NCBI GenBank assembly: GCA_046351155.1
Contig: JAXLYZ010000005.1
Coordinates: 43,254 to 107,253 of the forward strand
DNA length: 64,000 nt
Direction: 5' to 3'
DNA from: Myxococcota bacterium
GTDB taxonomy: Bacteria > Myxococcota_A > UBA9042 > PHBI01
In this document: positions 1-9,517 of the stretch, piece after piece
Position numbering within the stretch: the stretch's first letter is position 1
Layout of the letters: each line of letters opens with the position of its first letter
Notes under the pieces: generated by a model
What the model saw: only the letters and a program-made list of their open reading frames with translations
The model's database searches: none
What the model was told of the DNA's origin: nothing
Position numbers and translations under genes: made by a program

Positions 1-1332
1 CTGCTCACCGCGGGCATCGGCATCGCCATGATCGTCGCCGTGACGAAGCAGTTCGTGGCGCGCGCCGCGCACCTCGTGCCGCCGCCGCCCGACGACGCCA
101 TGGCGCGCTGCCGCGCCGCGCCCGAGAGCTGGTCCTACGCCTATCCGCGCGGCGGCATGGAGGCCTGGGCCTTCGACGCCGCCACGCTGCGCGCGGCCAA
201 CCCGCAGGCGCCCGAGCTCGACGAGCGCCTGGTCGAGCAGGTGCGGGACGGCGTCGAGACGCCGGCGCTGTCGACGCCCGGCAAGACCTGGGCCGTGGCC
301 TCGATGCTGCGCCTCGCGCCGGCCGGCCCGTGCAGCCTCCTGCTCGTGCGCTGGCCCTCGCCGATGGACGCGCGCCTCGACGTGCTCGGCCTGCTCGGCG
401 GCGTGGCGCTGGGCGGCGTGGCGCTCACGCTGGCGCTCATGGTGCTGCTCGTCTTGCGGCCGATGCTGCTGCGCCTGCGCCGCCTCGAGGCGGCCGCCAC
501 CGGCGTCGGCGACGCGGCCCGCTACCAGCCGCTGGGCGATCCGGCGGCCGACGAGATCGGCTCCATCGCGCGCGTGCTCGACCGCGCGCATGGCCGCATC
601 GTCGACGACGCGGCGCGCCTCGAGGCCGGCCGTCGGCGCCTGGAGCAGCACCTGGCCGACGTGGCCCACGACCTCCGGACGCCGCTCGCCTCGCTCGGCC
701 TGACGCTCGAGGAGCTCGGCCAGAACAGCCTCGACGCCGGCGCGCGCGAGCTCTCCGGCCGCGCGCTGGGCGACGTCGTCTACCTCGCGGCGCTGGTCGA
801 GAACCTCCACCTCGCCACGCGCCTGGCCGGCGACGAGCGCCTGCCGCGCGGCGAGGCCGAGCTCGGCGAGATCGTCGAGCGCGTGCGCCTCCGCTTCGCG
901 CTGCTCGGGCGCGAGCGCGGCGTCACCGTCGAGGCCGCGCGCCCCGAGGTCGACGTGCTGGTCGCCTGCGAGCCGGCCACCGCCGAGCGCGCCGTCGCCA
1001 ACCTGGTCCACAACGCGGTGGCCCACGGCGAGCGCGGCGGCCACGTCGCGCTGGTGCTCGACCGCGTCGACGAGGGTCGCGGCTTCCGCCTGCGCGTGCT
1101 CGACGACGGCCCGGGCGTGCCGCCGGCCGAGCTGCCGCGCCTCGGCAGCGGCACCTTCCGCTCCGACCCGGCGCGCGGCCGCGACACCAAGGGCACCGGC
1201 CTGGGCCTCATCATCACCGGCGAGGTGTGCCGGCGCGCGTGCTGGACGCTGGCGTTCGAGGCCGGCGATCCGCGCGGCCTGACGGTCGTCATCGCCGGCC
1301 CGACCCTGCCGTCGCCGGGCGCGGCGACCTGA
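1..1332 (+). CDS. Sensor histidine kinase (5-prime partial; frame is open from base 1)
   Basis: H-box HDLRTPLASL (HisKA) and HATPase_c motifs (HNAVAHGERGGHV, DDGPGVP, GTGLGLIITGE). The N-terminal part has TM-like hydrophobic stretches. The reading frame continues to position 1, so the gene starts upstream of the window. Confidence 0.85.
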   Translation: MLTAGIGIAMIVAVTKQFVARAAHLVPPPPDDAMARCRAAPESWSYAYPRGGMEAWAFDAATLRAANPQAPELDERLVEQVRDGVETPALSTPGKTWAVASMLRLAPAGPCSLLLVRWPSPMDARLDVLGLLGGVALGGVALTLALMVLLVLRPMLLRLRRLEAAATGVGDAARYQPLGDPAADEIGSIARVLDRAHGRIVDDAARLEAGRRRLEQHLADVAHDLRTPLASLGLTLEELGQNSLDAGARELSGRALGDVVYLAALVENLHLATRLAGDERLPRGEAELGEIVERVRLRFALLGRERGVTVEAARPEVDVLVACEPATAERAVANLVHNAVAHGERGGHVALVLDRVDEGRGFRLRVLDDGPGVPPAELPRLGSGTFRSDPARGRDTKGTGLGLIITGEVCRRACWTLAFEAGDPRGLTVVIAGPTLPSPGAAT

Positions 1333-1338
1333 CGCGCC

Positions 1339-2013
1339 TCACGGCGCGACGGCGGGCAGGCTCCAGTCCATCGCGGGCCGACCGCGCGCGCGCAGCGCCT
1401 GGTCGATGGCCGAGAAGGGCCGGCTGCCGACGAACTTGGCCGCCGACAGCGGCGAGGGGTGGGCGCCCTCGATGACGGCGTGGCGGCTCGTGTCGACGAG
1501 GCGCGCCTTCTTCCTGGCGTAGGCGCCCCAGAGGCAGAAGACGACCGGCGTCGGCAGCGCGTCGACGCGCCGGATCACCGCGTCGGTGAAGGTCTCCCAG
1601 CCCTTGCCCGCGTGCGAGCCCGGCGCGTGGGCCTGGACGGTGAGGACCGCGTTCAGGAGCAGCACGCCGCGGCGCGCCCAGGCGCTGAGGTCGCCGTGGC
1701 CAGGCGCCGCCACGCCGATGTCGCTCGCCAGCTCCTTGAAGATGTTGCGCAGCGAGGGCGGCGGCCTGGTCGGCGGCTTCACCGAGAAGCACAGGCCATG
1801 CGCCTGGCCGTCGTCGTGATACGGGTCCTGGCCGAGGATGAGCACGCGCACGTCGGCGAGCGGCGTCAGCGCCAGCGCGCTGAAGACGTCGGCCTCGGGC
1901 GGGAACACCGTCTTGGTCGCGCGCTCGGCCGCGACGAAGGCCTCGAGCGCCTTGAAGTAGGGCTGCTCGAGCTCGGCGCCGAGCGCGTCTTGCCATGCGG
2001 GCGGAAGCTTCAC
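1339..2013 (-). CDS. ung: Uracil-DNA glycosylase, family 1
   Basis: The full UDG-1 motif set is present: GQDPYH, LLLNAVLTV and HPSPLSA. Length of 224 aa is typical for the family. Confidence 0.9.
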   Translation of the reverse strand: MKLPPAWQDALGAELEQPYFKALEAFVAAERATKTVFPPEADVFSALALTPLADVRVLILGQDPYHDDGQAHGLCFSVKPPTRPPPSLRNIFKELASDIGVAAPGHGDLSAWARRGVLLLNAVLTVQAHAPGSHAGKGWETFTDAVIRRVDALPTPVVFCLWGAYARKKARLVDTSRHAVIEGAHPSPLSAAKFVGSRPFSAIDQALRARGRPAMDWSLPAVAP

Positions 2014-2115
2014 GGGGGTTCCTCGTGGGGTCGTCGCAGCGCCTGACTACGCCGCCCGGCGCATGCGCACAAGGCGGCCGAGACCCGTCGGCGCGCTCGC
2101 GCGTAGACTGCCGCC

Positions 2116-2853
2116 ATGGCCCAGCTCCCGCCCCTCGTCGCCCGCCTCGTCCCGCTCTCGCTGCCGGCCGCGCTCGCGCTCGCCTGCGCGCTGGCCGCGC
2201 CCGCCGCCGCCGCGCCCATGGACGGCATCCCCGATCCGAAGGTGGTCGACGCCATCTGCGGCTCGCGCTTCGGCGGCGACTTCGCCAGCGTCATCGTCTA
2301 CCGCGCCGACGAGGGCGAGGTCAGCGGCTACGAGCTGCGCCCCGACCTCACGCGCGTCTCGCACCCGCCGTCGACCATCTATGACGCGCGCGGCAACGAG
2401 ATCCTGGTCATCCCCGAGCACCCCGTCGTGCCCGGCTCCGACGAGGCGCTGGCCATCCAGAAGAAGCGCGCCGCCGCGACGCGCGACAGCAAGCCGGCCG
2501 AGACGCTGGCCTGCGCCGCGCCGCCGCGCGCCATCCACGAGCTCATCGGCAGGCCGGCCGCGCGCGCCGTCGTCGAGGGCGTCGTCGTGCGCCGCTACGC
2601 CTGCCCGCCCTGCCCGCCGGGCGCCGAGTGCAAGCCGTGCCTGCCCGATCACTTCGTGCTCTCCGAGCGCGCCGACCTGCCGCGCGACGCCGCGCTCGGC
2701 GACAGCGAGGTGGTCATCTTCGGCTGGGGCGGCCTGCCGCCGGTGACGGTCGGCCAGCGCGTGCGCGTGCGCGTGGTCGGGACGCAGATCCGCCAGACGT
2801 TCGACAACCGCGTCCCCGACCAGCACTTCCTCGGCTTCGCGCCGGCCAGGTAG
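2116..2853 (+). CDS. Hypothetical secreted protein
   Basis: N-terminal signal-peptide-like segment (LPAALALACALAAPAAAAP). Protein-like composition with no recognisable domain. Confidence 0.5.
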   Translation: MAQLPPLVARLVPLSLPAALALACALAAPAAAAPMDGIPDPKVVDAICGSRFGGDFASVIVYRADEGEVSGYELRPDLTRVSHPPSTIYDARGNEILVIPEHPVVPGSDEALAIQKKRAAATRDSKPAETLACAAPPRAIHELIGRPAARAVVEGVVVRRYACPPCPPGAECKPCLPDHFVLSERADLPRDAALGDSEVVIFGWGGLPPVTVGQRVRVRVVGTQIRQTFDNRVPDQHFLGFAPAR

Positions 2854-2855
2854 CC

Positions 2856-3746
2856 TCAGGCCGACGCCGCCGGCGCGCGCGGAGCGGGCGCGCGCCAGGC
2901 CGACGCGTGGCGCCGCGCGAAGTCGCGAAAGGCGGTCGGCGCCCGGCCCAGCACGCGCTCGACGTCGGGCGACACCGTCGCCGCCGCGCCCGAGCGTACC
3001 ACGCGATAGAAGCGCAGCAGGCGCTCGACGCGCGACGGCGGGAAGCCGGCAGCGCCGAGCGCGGCCGCGGCCTGGGCCTCGTCGAGCGCGACGTAGCGCA
3101 GCGCGCGCTCGGCCGCGAGGCCGACGAGGCGCGCCACCTCGGCATGATCGAGCGCGTCGGGACCGGTCAGCTCGTAGGCGCGCCCGGCGTGACCCGGCTC
3201 GGTCAGCGCGCGCACCGCCACGTCGGCGACGTCGCTGGCGTCGATGAAGGCGATGCGCGCGTCGCCCGCCGGCACCGCCAGCACGCCGCGCTCGCGCAGG
3301 CCGTCGGCCAGGGTCCCGGCGCTGAAGAGCTGCATGAAGAAGCTCGGCCGGAGGTGCGTGAAGGCGAGGCCCGAGGCCTCGAGCAGCAGCTCGGCGCGGC
3401 GCAGGCCGGGCGCGTGCGCGGCGCGCTCGATGCCCAGCGCGGTGAGGTCGACGACGCGCTCGACGCCGGCCTCGCGCATGGCCGCGATGAGCGGCGCCGC
3501 CACCACGTCAGGCGCCTCGTCGCCCGGCCGCGCGATGAGGAACACGCGCTGGATGCCGGCCAACGCCGGCGCGAACGTGGCGGGCCGCTCGAGGTCGAGC
3601 GCCACCGCCGCCACGCCCGGCAGCGCCGCCCGCGCCCGCTCCGGCTCGCGCGACGCCGCGCGCACCGGCACGCCGAGCGCGGCCAGCCGCGTCGCCACCA
3701 TCGAGCCCACCAGACCGGTCGCACCCAACACCAGCACTTCACCCAT
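2856..3746 (-). CDS. NmrA-like / atypical SDR NAD(P)-binding protein
   Basis: Rossmann motif VLVLGATGLVG at the N-terminus. The start at ATG 3746 is preceded by GAAGGAGG (a strong RBS). The ORF track extends to 3797, but the start supported by the RBS is 3746. Confidence 0.75.
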   Translation of the reverse strand: MGEVLVLGATGLVGSMVATRLAALGVPVRAASREPERARAALPGVAAVALDLERPATFAPALAGIQRVFLIARPGDEAPDVVAAPLIAAMREAGVERVVDLTALGIERAAHAPGLRRAELLLEASGLAFTHLRPSFFMQLFSAGTLADGLRERGVLAVPAGDARIAFIDASDVADVAVRALTEPGHAGRAYELTGPDALDHAEVARLVGLAAERALRYVALDEAQAAAALGAAGFPPSRVERLLRFYRVVRSGAAATVSPDVERVLGRAPTAFRDFARRHASAWRAPAPRAPAASA

Positions 3747-3793
3747 GACGACCTCCTTCGTGTACGGCGAATCGTGATTAGGCCGTTCGCGGA

Positions 3794-4432
3794 TCAACCG
3801 TCCGAGGGCGAGCCGCCGCCTCGGAAGAGCGCCTCCAGACCGGCCAGGTGGTAGCGCGAGTAGCGCGCCAGCGCGGCGGCGATGCGGCCCGGATCGCGGT
3901 AGTGGACCAGCACCGCCACCAGCGAGCCCAAGAGGTTGCGATACACCAGGCGCAGGTCGAAGCGCAGGCCGTCGCCGACCTCGAGCCCGGGCACGAGCTC
4001 GCGCGCGTGGGCCAGCGCCAGGCGCACCATGGTGCCGACCAGCTCCTCGGCGTAGCCGGCATGCGGCGTGCCCTCGGCGCGGCCGAGCAGGATCACCACG
4101 CGCAGGCGGTGCGTCGTCACCAGGTCGACCAGCGCCTGGGTGACGGCCTGGTGGGCGTCGGAGCCGGCGATGGCGCCGACGTCGGCGAGCCCGCGCGCGG
4201 CCAGCGCCCGCCCGCGCACCACGTGGGTGAAGCCGGCCACGAAGCTGTCGGGCAGCACCGCCGCGAAGAGGGCCTCCTTGGTCGCGAAGTAGCGATAGAT
4301 GTTGCCGGTGGACAGCCCGGCGGCGCGCGCGATGTGCGCCATGGTGGCGCTCGCATAGCCCTCGCGCGCGAACACCTCGAGCCCGGCATCGAGGATGCGC
4401 TGCCTCACCTCTTCCTTGAGTACCTGCGCCAC
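3794..4432 (-). CDS. TetR-family transcriptional regulator
   Basis: N-terminal HTH typical of TetR (RQRILDAGLEVFAREGYASATMAHIARAAGLSTGNIYRYFATKEALF). It lies immediately upstream of, and co-oriented with, the NmrA-like gene. Confidence 0.8.
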   Translation of the reverse strand: MAQVLKEEVRQRILDAGLEVFAREGYASATMAHIARAAGLSTGNIYRYFATKEALFAAVLPDSFVAGFTHVVRGRALAARGLADVGAIAGSDAHQAVTQALVDLVTTHRLRVVILLGRAEGTPHAGYAEELVGTMVRLALAHARELVPGLEVGDGLRFDLRLVYRNLLGSLVAVLVHYRDPGRIAAALARYSRYHLAGLEALFRGGGSPSDG

Positions 4433-4564
4433 GCCGTCCGCCCTCCCCGCCTAAACGCGATTTACGTGTTCACTTATGCGACCGGACGGCGCACGGCGTC
4501 AAGCGGCGGGTTCGAAAAGCTGGACCCGTTTGCGGCGACGCGGCTTTCGGGCAGAATCGCGCTC

Positions 4565-6412
4565 ATGGTTCGGCCACACTTTCTCAAGCTATCGATATTG
4601 CTGGCGTACGCCGCAGCCGGCTGCGGCGGCGACGGCGTGCTCTCCGACGCGACCTCGGGCGATGCGACCTCGGACGGCGACGCGACCTCGGGCGATGCGA
4701 CCTCGGGCGGCGATGCGACCTCGGGCGATGCGACCTCGGGCGATGCGACCTCCGGCGGCGACGCGACCGGCGACGGCGACAGCGCCTCCGGGCCCGACGA
4801 CATCATCCCGGTCGACTGGACGAGCGAGCGCGGCGAGCCCATCGCCAGCCACGTCGTGACGCTGCCGCGCCGCGACATCGTCGCCGCCTTCCCGGGCGGC
4901 GTGCTCACCGGCTACGGCTGCCAGCCCGAGCTCGGCTGCGACTACACCTGGCTCGACGCCACGGGTGCCGAGCAGCGCTCGATCGAGGACCGCTTCCTGA
5001 CCTTCACCAACATCGTGCCGTCGACCGCCGATCAGCTGCTGCTGGTGGCGCGCGAGGCCTACGAGGCCTGCGGACCGGGACCGGACCACACCATCGTCGT
5101 GTCGGGCCAGCTCGAGCTGCGCGACATCGCCAGCGGCGAGGTGAGCTACCAGCAGCCGATCCGCACCAACCTCATCCTCGGCCCGGCCTTCACCGACTCG
5201 GGCGAGTGGTTCCGCGTCATGCAGGCGCCCGAGCGCGCCTGCGGCTCGTCGCTGACCTGGCGCGCGACCGCCGCGCCGCACGACGTCGCGCCGGCCGCCG
5301 CCGCCGACATCATCTACGGCGGCGACCTGCCCGATGGTCGCTGGGTGGGGTGGCGCGGCGAGTCGTTCGGGGTGATCGATCCGCGAACCGACGGTTCTGT
5401 ATTCCAGGCGCTGGGCGACGGCATCGAGGACTGGCTGATCGGCGGCGGCTGGCTGCACGGGCTCGACGGCTACGGCGACTCGACCGAGGTCGACGAGGTG
5501 CTGGCACCGGACGGCGCGCGCTTCAGCATGCCCATCCCCGGCGACGACCTTTGGCGCGGCCAGGCGGCGTGGGGCCGCTGGCTCTTCGCCTGCACCACCG
5601 CCACCGTCGACGGGCTCAACAGCTGCGCCATCTTCGACGTGCGCGGTGAGCTGCCGACGCGCGACATCGGCGTGGCCACGGTGGTGCGCCCGCTGCTGTT
5701 CGTGGGTGGCGGCGAGGCCGCCGTGTTCGCGAGCGCCAGCGACGGCGAGCCGGCGCTGGCCCGGCTCGACCTCGAGAGCGGCGCGGAGACCATCGTGGCC
5801 CACGGCGCGGGCACGCTGCACCCGCTGGGCAACGGCGACGCCGTCGTGTGGGACGCCGGGGCCGACGGCGTGTGGCTCGTCGAGGCGACGCGCGCGGAGC
5901 GGCTGGTCGAGGGTCCGGTGGCGCAGGTGGCGACGCTCAGCGGCGTGCGGCGCGGCGCGCCGCTGCCGGGCGGCCTGCCGCTGGCGCGGCAGCGCTGGCT
6001 CGCGACCATCGTCACGAACGAGGCCGATCAGAGCCATCGCCTGCTGGCCTTCGACCTCGTGTCGCGGCGCCTGGCGACGCTCAGCAGCGACGTCTACTTC
6101 GCGCCGTTCGCGCAGGCGCCCCTCCTGGCCGACACCTGCGGACAGCCGTGGACCGTGCGCGCGGCCGGCGGGCCCATCGACGGTCTGCTGCAGGACCCGC
6201 GCTACCTCTTCTTCGTCGAGAACGGCGCGGACGGCGGCGCGGCGGCGATGTGGATCGCGCCGCTCGACCTCGCGTCGGCGCCGCGGCGGCTGGCCAACGT
6301 CGACCCCGCCGTCTGCCACACCCCGCTCGCCAGCAAGGACGGCACGCTGGTCGCGGTCGACGTCGACGGCGCCGACGGACAGTCCAGTATCTTGACCATC
6401 GGCGCGCCCTGA
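4565..6412 (+). CDS. Lipoprotein with N-terminal (DATSG)n repeat, hypothetical
   Basis: Start MVRPHFLKLSILLAYAAAGCGG (lipobox AAGC), followed by a low-complexity DATSG tandem repeat and then a long globular region. It diverges from the TetR gene. Confidence 0.6.
   Translation: MVRPHFLKLSILLAYAAAGCGGDGVLSDATSGDATSDGDATSGDATSGGDATSGDATSGDATSGGDATGDGDSASGPDDIIPVDWTSERGEPIASHVVTLPRRDIVAAFPGGVLTGYGCQPELGCDYTWLDATGAEQRSIEDRFLTFTNIVPSTADQLLLVAREAYEACGPGPDHTIVVSGQLELRDIASGEVSYQQPIRTNLILGPAFTDSGEWFRVMQAPERACGSSLTWRATAAPHDVAPAAAADIIYGGDLPDGRWVGWRGESFGVIDPRTDGSVFQALGDGIEDWLIGGGWLHGLDGYGDSTEVDEVLAPDGARFSMPIPGDDLWRGQAAWGRWLFACTTATVDGLNSCAIFDVRGELPTRDIGVATVVRPLLFVGGGEAAVFASASDGEPALARLDLESGAETIVAHGAGTLHPLGNGDAVVWDAGADGVWLVEATRAERLVEGPVAQVATLSGVRRGAPLPGGLPLARQRWLATIVTNEADQSHRLLAFDLVSRRLATLSSDVYFAPFAQAPLLADTCGQPWTVRAAGGPIDGLLQDPRYLFFVENGADGGAAAMWIAPLDLASAPRRLANVDPAVCHTPLASKDGTLVAVDVDGADGQSSILTIGAP
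4650..4790. repeat. Coding tandem repeat (15-18 bp units, GATGCGACCTCGGGC, encoding DATSG about 7 times)
   Basis: Directly visible periodicity in the sequence: gcgacctcgggcgatgcgacctcggacggcgacgcgacctcgggc and so on. Confidence 0.6.
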
Positions 6413-6445
6413 CCGGCGGCGCCGGAAGTGTGATATCTCCGCCTC

Positions 6446-7384
6446 ATGGCGACCCTCGACCAGCGTGTCCGGCCGGAGATCCTGCGCATCGCGACGCCCT
6501 CGGGCGGGCTCGACCTGGTCGACCTCGTGCTCGAGCGCATCACCTCGCTCGACGAGCTCGAGGCGCTGACGTTCCGCGCGGCGGTGGGCAGCGACGCCGG
6601 CGAGGGCGCGCTGGCGCTGCGCCTGGCCGACGCCCAGCTCTTCGAGGGCCCCGACAGCGACGAGCTGCGCCAGAGCGCCTGGGCCGGGCGCAAGGTGCGG
6701 CGGCCGCGCCCGATCGAGGGCCTGTTCGAGCCGGTGGCCGGCGACTGGGACGCGGCCAGCGCCCTGCCCGATCTGTTCGCCGAGGCGTGGCGCGAGCCCG
6801 AGCGCTGGCGGCGCCTGGCCGAGGACCACGCCGGCGGCCAGCGCTACCTCACGCTGCCCGGCCTCGTGCGGCGCGACGTGGCGCTGCGCATCCTGGCCGA
6901 GGTGCGCGCGCTGTCGATGACGCGGCTCGAGACCGAGCTCGTGCGGGCCGACCGGCACCTGCTCGGCAAGGACGATGTGCCGACCTGGCTCGACCTCCTG
7001 GGCGGCGAGGTGTTCCGCGGGCTGGTCGGCAGCGTGCTCGGGCGCCCGATGCCGCCGGGCCTGGTCGTCAACGCCTGGCGCCTCGGGCGCGGCGACATGA
7101 TGGGCGTGCACCCCGACGGCCGCGGCTACTTCGGCACCGTCTCGCTCGGCCTCGCCGAGGCGTGGTCGGCCTGCGACGGCGGCGCCATCGCCTTCGGGCT
7201 GCCGCGCCCGAGCGGCTTCGAGGTGCGCCAGCGCTGGTTCCCCCACCTCGGTGACGTTTGCCTGTTTGCGCCGGACGGTGACACCTGGCATGCCGTCGAA
7301 GCGGTGCGCACCAAGAAGGTGCGCCTGTCGCTGACGGGGTGGTGGGTATCACCCGAGAACGGGCTCACCCGAGGTGCCTCATGA
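6446..7384 (+). CDS. 2OG-Fe(II) oxygenase superfamily protein (prolyl-4-hydroxylase-like)
   Basis: HxD...H...RxS arrangement: VHPDGRG, then about 50 aa later WHAV, then VRLSLTGWW. The stop overlaps the next start (ATGA at 7381-7384). Confidence 0.55.
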   Translation: MATLDQRVRPEILRIATPSGGLDLVDLVLERITSLDELEALTFRAAVGSDAGEGALALRLADAQLFEGPDSDELRQSAWAGRKVRRPRPIEGLFEPVAGDWDAASALPDLFAEAWREPERWRRLAEDHAGGQRYLTLPGLVRRDVALRILAEVRALSMTRLETELVRADRHLLGKDDVPTWLDLLGGEVFRGLVGSVLGRPMPPGLVVNAWRLGRGDMMGVHPDGRGYFGTVSLGLAEAWSACDGGAIAFGLPRPSGFEVRQRWFPHLGDVCLFAPDGDTWHAVEAVRTKKVRLSLTGWWVSPENGLTRGAS

Positions 7385-8394
7385 AGATCGCGCGATCGCA
7401 ATGGACCTCGCTCCCGACCTCCCTCCGGACCTGGCTGCTCGGCCTCTCCGGCCTGCTCGCGCTGGCCGCAGCGGTCGCCACCGCCGCGTGCGACGACGTC
7501 AACCCGCAGGCGTGCGTCGTCGACGGCGAGAGCCACGCGCTGGGGACGACGTTCCCGTCGAGCGACGGCTGCAACACGTGCGCCTGCGGCCGCGACGGCG
7601 TCGTCAACTGCACGGCGCGCGCGTGCGTCACGACCTGCCAATATAACGGCGCGACGTGGCAGGTGAACGACACCTTCCCGGCCATTGATGGGTGCAACAG
7701 CTGCACCTGTCTGCCGAGCGGCGACGTCGGCTGCACGGTGATGGCGTGCGTGTGCGACCCGTCGGCCGAGTGGTGGCGCGACTACCACTCGACGAGCGCC
7801 TCCGAATGCGCGGCGATGCTCTTCGCGTGCCCGGAGCACACCACCAACTTCTCGAACGAGTGCGGCTGCGGCTGCCAGCAGGAGACCACCTGCGGCAAGG
7901 TGATCGCCTGCGCGCCGCCCGGCTGCGACCCGGCCGCGGCCCAGGCCGAGTGCCCGTTCTCGACCATCGACTCGACGCGCAAGTGCCAGGTCGAGTCGCC
8001 GTGTCCGAGCGACGGCTCGATGTGCTTCGCGCCGGGCGCCAGCATCGGCTGCGGAATATGCCAAAATCCGCCCGAGGAGGAGACCTGCGCCGACGACGCC
8101 GCGTGCGCCGAGGGTTCGATCTGCCAGCCGCTGCAGTGCGCCTGCTCGGGTCAGAAGACGTGCGTGCCGGGCTGCACCGCCAACGGCGACTGCGGGCTCG
8201 GCAAGACGTGCAGCGCCGGCCACCGCTGCGTGCCGGCGGCCTGCGGCACGGGAGCACCCTGCCCGGCGGACTTCGGCTGCGCGGGCGGCGCGTGCGTGCG
8301 GCGCGCGTGCACGACGAGCGCCGCGTGCGACGGCGTGTGCGTCAACGGCCAGTGTTTCGCCGAGCCGGGCTTCTGCTCGTTCCTGCCGCCGTGA
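7381..8394 (+). CDS. Secreted cysteine-rich repeat protein
   Basis: Signal peptide (LLGLSGLLALAAAVATAAC) followed by more than 40 Cys arranged in repeated modules (DGCNTCACGRDGVVNCT, DGCNSCTCLPSGDVGCT). It is translationally coupled to the upstream oxygenase-like gene. Confidence 0.6.
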   Translation: MKIARSQWTSLPTSLRTWLLGLSGLLALAAAVATAACDDVNPQACVVDGESHALGTTFPSSDGCNTCACGRDGVVNCTARACVTTCQYNGATWQVNDTFPAIDGCNSCTCLPSGDVGCTVMACVCDPSAEWWRDYHSTSASECAAMLFACPEHTTNFSNECGCGCQQETTCGKVIACAPPGCDPAAAQAECPFSTIDSTRKCQVESPCPSDGSMCFAPGASIGCGICQNPPEEETCADDAACAEGSICQPLQCACSGQKTCVPGCTANGDCGLGKTCSAGHRCVPAACGTGAPCPADFGCAGGACVRRACTTSAACDGVCVNGQCFAEPGFCSFLPP

Positions 8395-8418
8395 TTGGCG
8401 GCGCTCGGCGTCGCGGGT

Positions 8419-9322
8419 TCAGCCGGGGCTGACCTCGGCCGTGCGCGTGATCTCTCCCATCTTGCCCGACTGGTAGTCGCGGATGGCCTGGCGGATCTCG
8501 GACTCGGTGTTCATGACGAACGGACCGTAGCGGGCGATGGGCTCGCCGAGCGGCACGCCGCCCAGCACGAGGGCGCGCGCGTGGCCGTCGTCGGCGGTCC
8601 GGAGGCGCACGGCGTCGCCCGGGCCGAGCAGCGCCATCTGGCCGTCGACGATGGGGGTCGCGCGCTCGCCGACCGTGACGGCGCCGCCGAAGGCGTAGAC
8701 GAGGACGTTGTGATCGGCCGGCAGCGGCAGGGTCAGGTCGGCGCCGCCGTCGAGGGTCCAGTCCTGGTAGACGATGGGGGTGTGGGTGTCGATGACGGCG
8801 TGGACGTCGAAGGCCTGGCCGGCGACGATCTTGCCGCGCGCCTTGCCGTCGGGGCTCTGGGCCACGGGGATCTTGGCGCCGGGGACCTCCTGGTAGCGCG
8901 GCCGGGTCAGCTTGAGGCGCGCCGGCAGGTTCACCCAGATCTGGAAGCCGTGGACGCGGCCGCCTTCGGTCTGCATGCGGCGCGACGGCATCTCGGAGTG
9001 GATGATGCCGCCGCCGGCGGTCATCCACTGCACGTCGCCGCTCCGGAGCGCGCCGCGGTGGCCGGCCGAGTCCTCGTGCTCGAGCTCGCCCTCGAGGATG
9101 TAGCTGACGGTCTCGAAGCCGCGGTGCGGGTGGTCGGGGGCGCCGAGCGCCTCGCCGGGGGCGTAGTCGATGGGGCCCATCTCGTCGAGGAGGAGGAAGG
9201 GGTCGAAGGCGATGAGGCCACCGGTGGGGAGCGGGCGCCGCACGATGAAGCCGCCGCCCTCGGTCTGGCGGTGGGCGGTCACGGTGCGGGCCACTTCGCG
9301 AATCGTCGTCTGCGCGGTCATG
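8419..9322 (-). CDS. Pirin-family protein
   Basis: Pirin N-terminal cupin signature DHPHRGFETVSYILEG and a bicupin length of about 300 aa. The start MTAQTT at 9322 is preceded by GGAGAA. Confidence 0.85.
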
Positions 9323-9429
9323 CGTTCTCCTGCTGCGAGTATGTCATGAACCCTCGCGACCGGTCGTCCTCCAGCTAGCGGCCGGGCGACGAACACGTCG
9401 TTCTCGCCAGGAGAACGCCCGCGGTCTCC

Positions 9430-9504
9430 CCACCTGGGGTCAGACTACTTTTCTCATTTTCCGGGCGCAGAAAATGAGAAAGAAGTAGTCCTGACCCCAG
9501 GTGG
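9430..9504. repeat. 75-bp near-perfect inverted repeat (arms of about 32 bp, AT-rich centre)
   Basis: CCACCTGGGGTCAGACTACTTTTCTCATTTTC cgggcgcag GAAAATGAGAAAGAAGTAGTCCTGACCCCAGGTGG. The arms are complementary except for two single-base indels. It lies in the divergent intergenic region between pirin and the SNF2 pseudogene. Confidence 0.7.
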
Positions 9505-9517
9505 TGGCACCCGCATC

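Noticed and set aside
4433-4564. TetR operator in the divergent TetR/lipoprotein intergenic region
   Set aside because: I looked for a 15-20-bp palindrome and found only weak 5-nt inverted repeats (CGGGT…ACCCG; TTCGAA). No operator can be supported by eye.
4589-7291. 900-aa minus-strand ORF
   Set aside because: Arg/Gly/Ala-rich low-complexity translation (the GRIARGRIAR stretch is the antisense of the DATSG repeat). It lies fully antisense to two well-supported plus-strand genes. It is a typical high-GC antisense phantom ORF.
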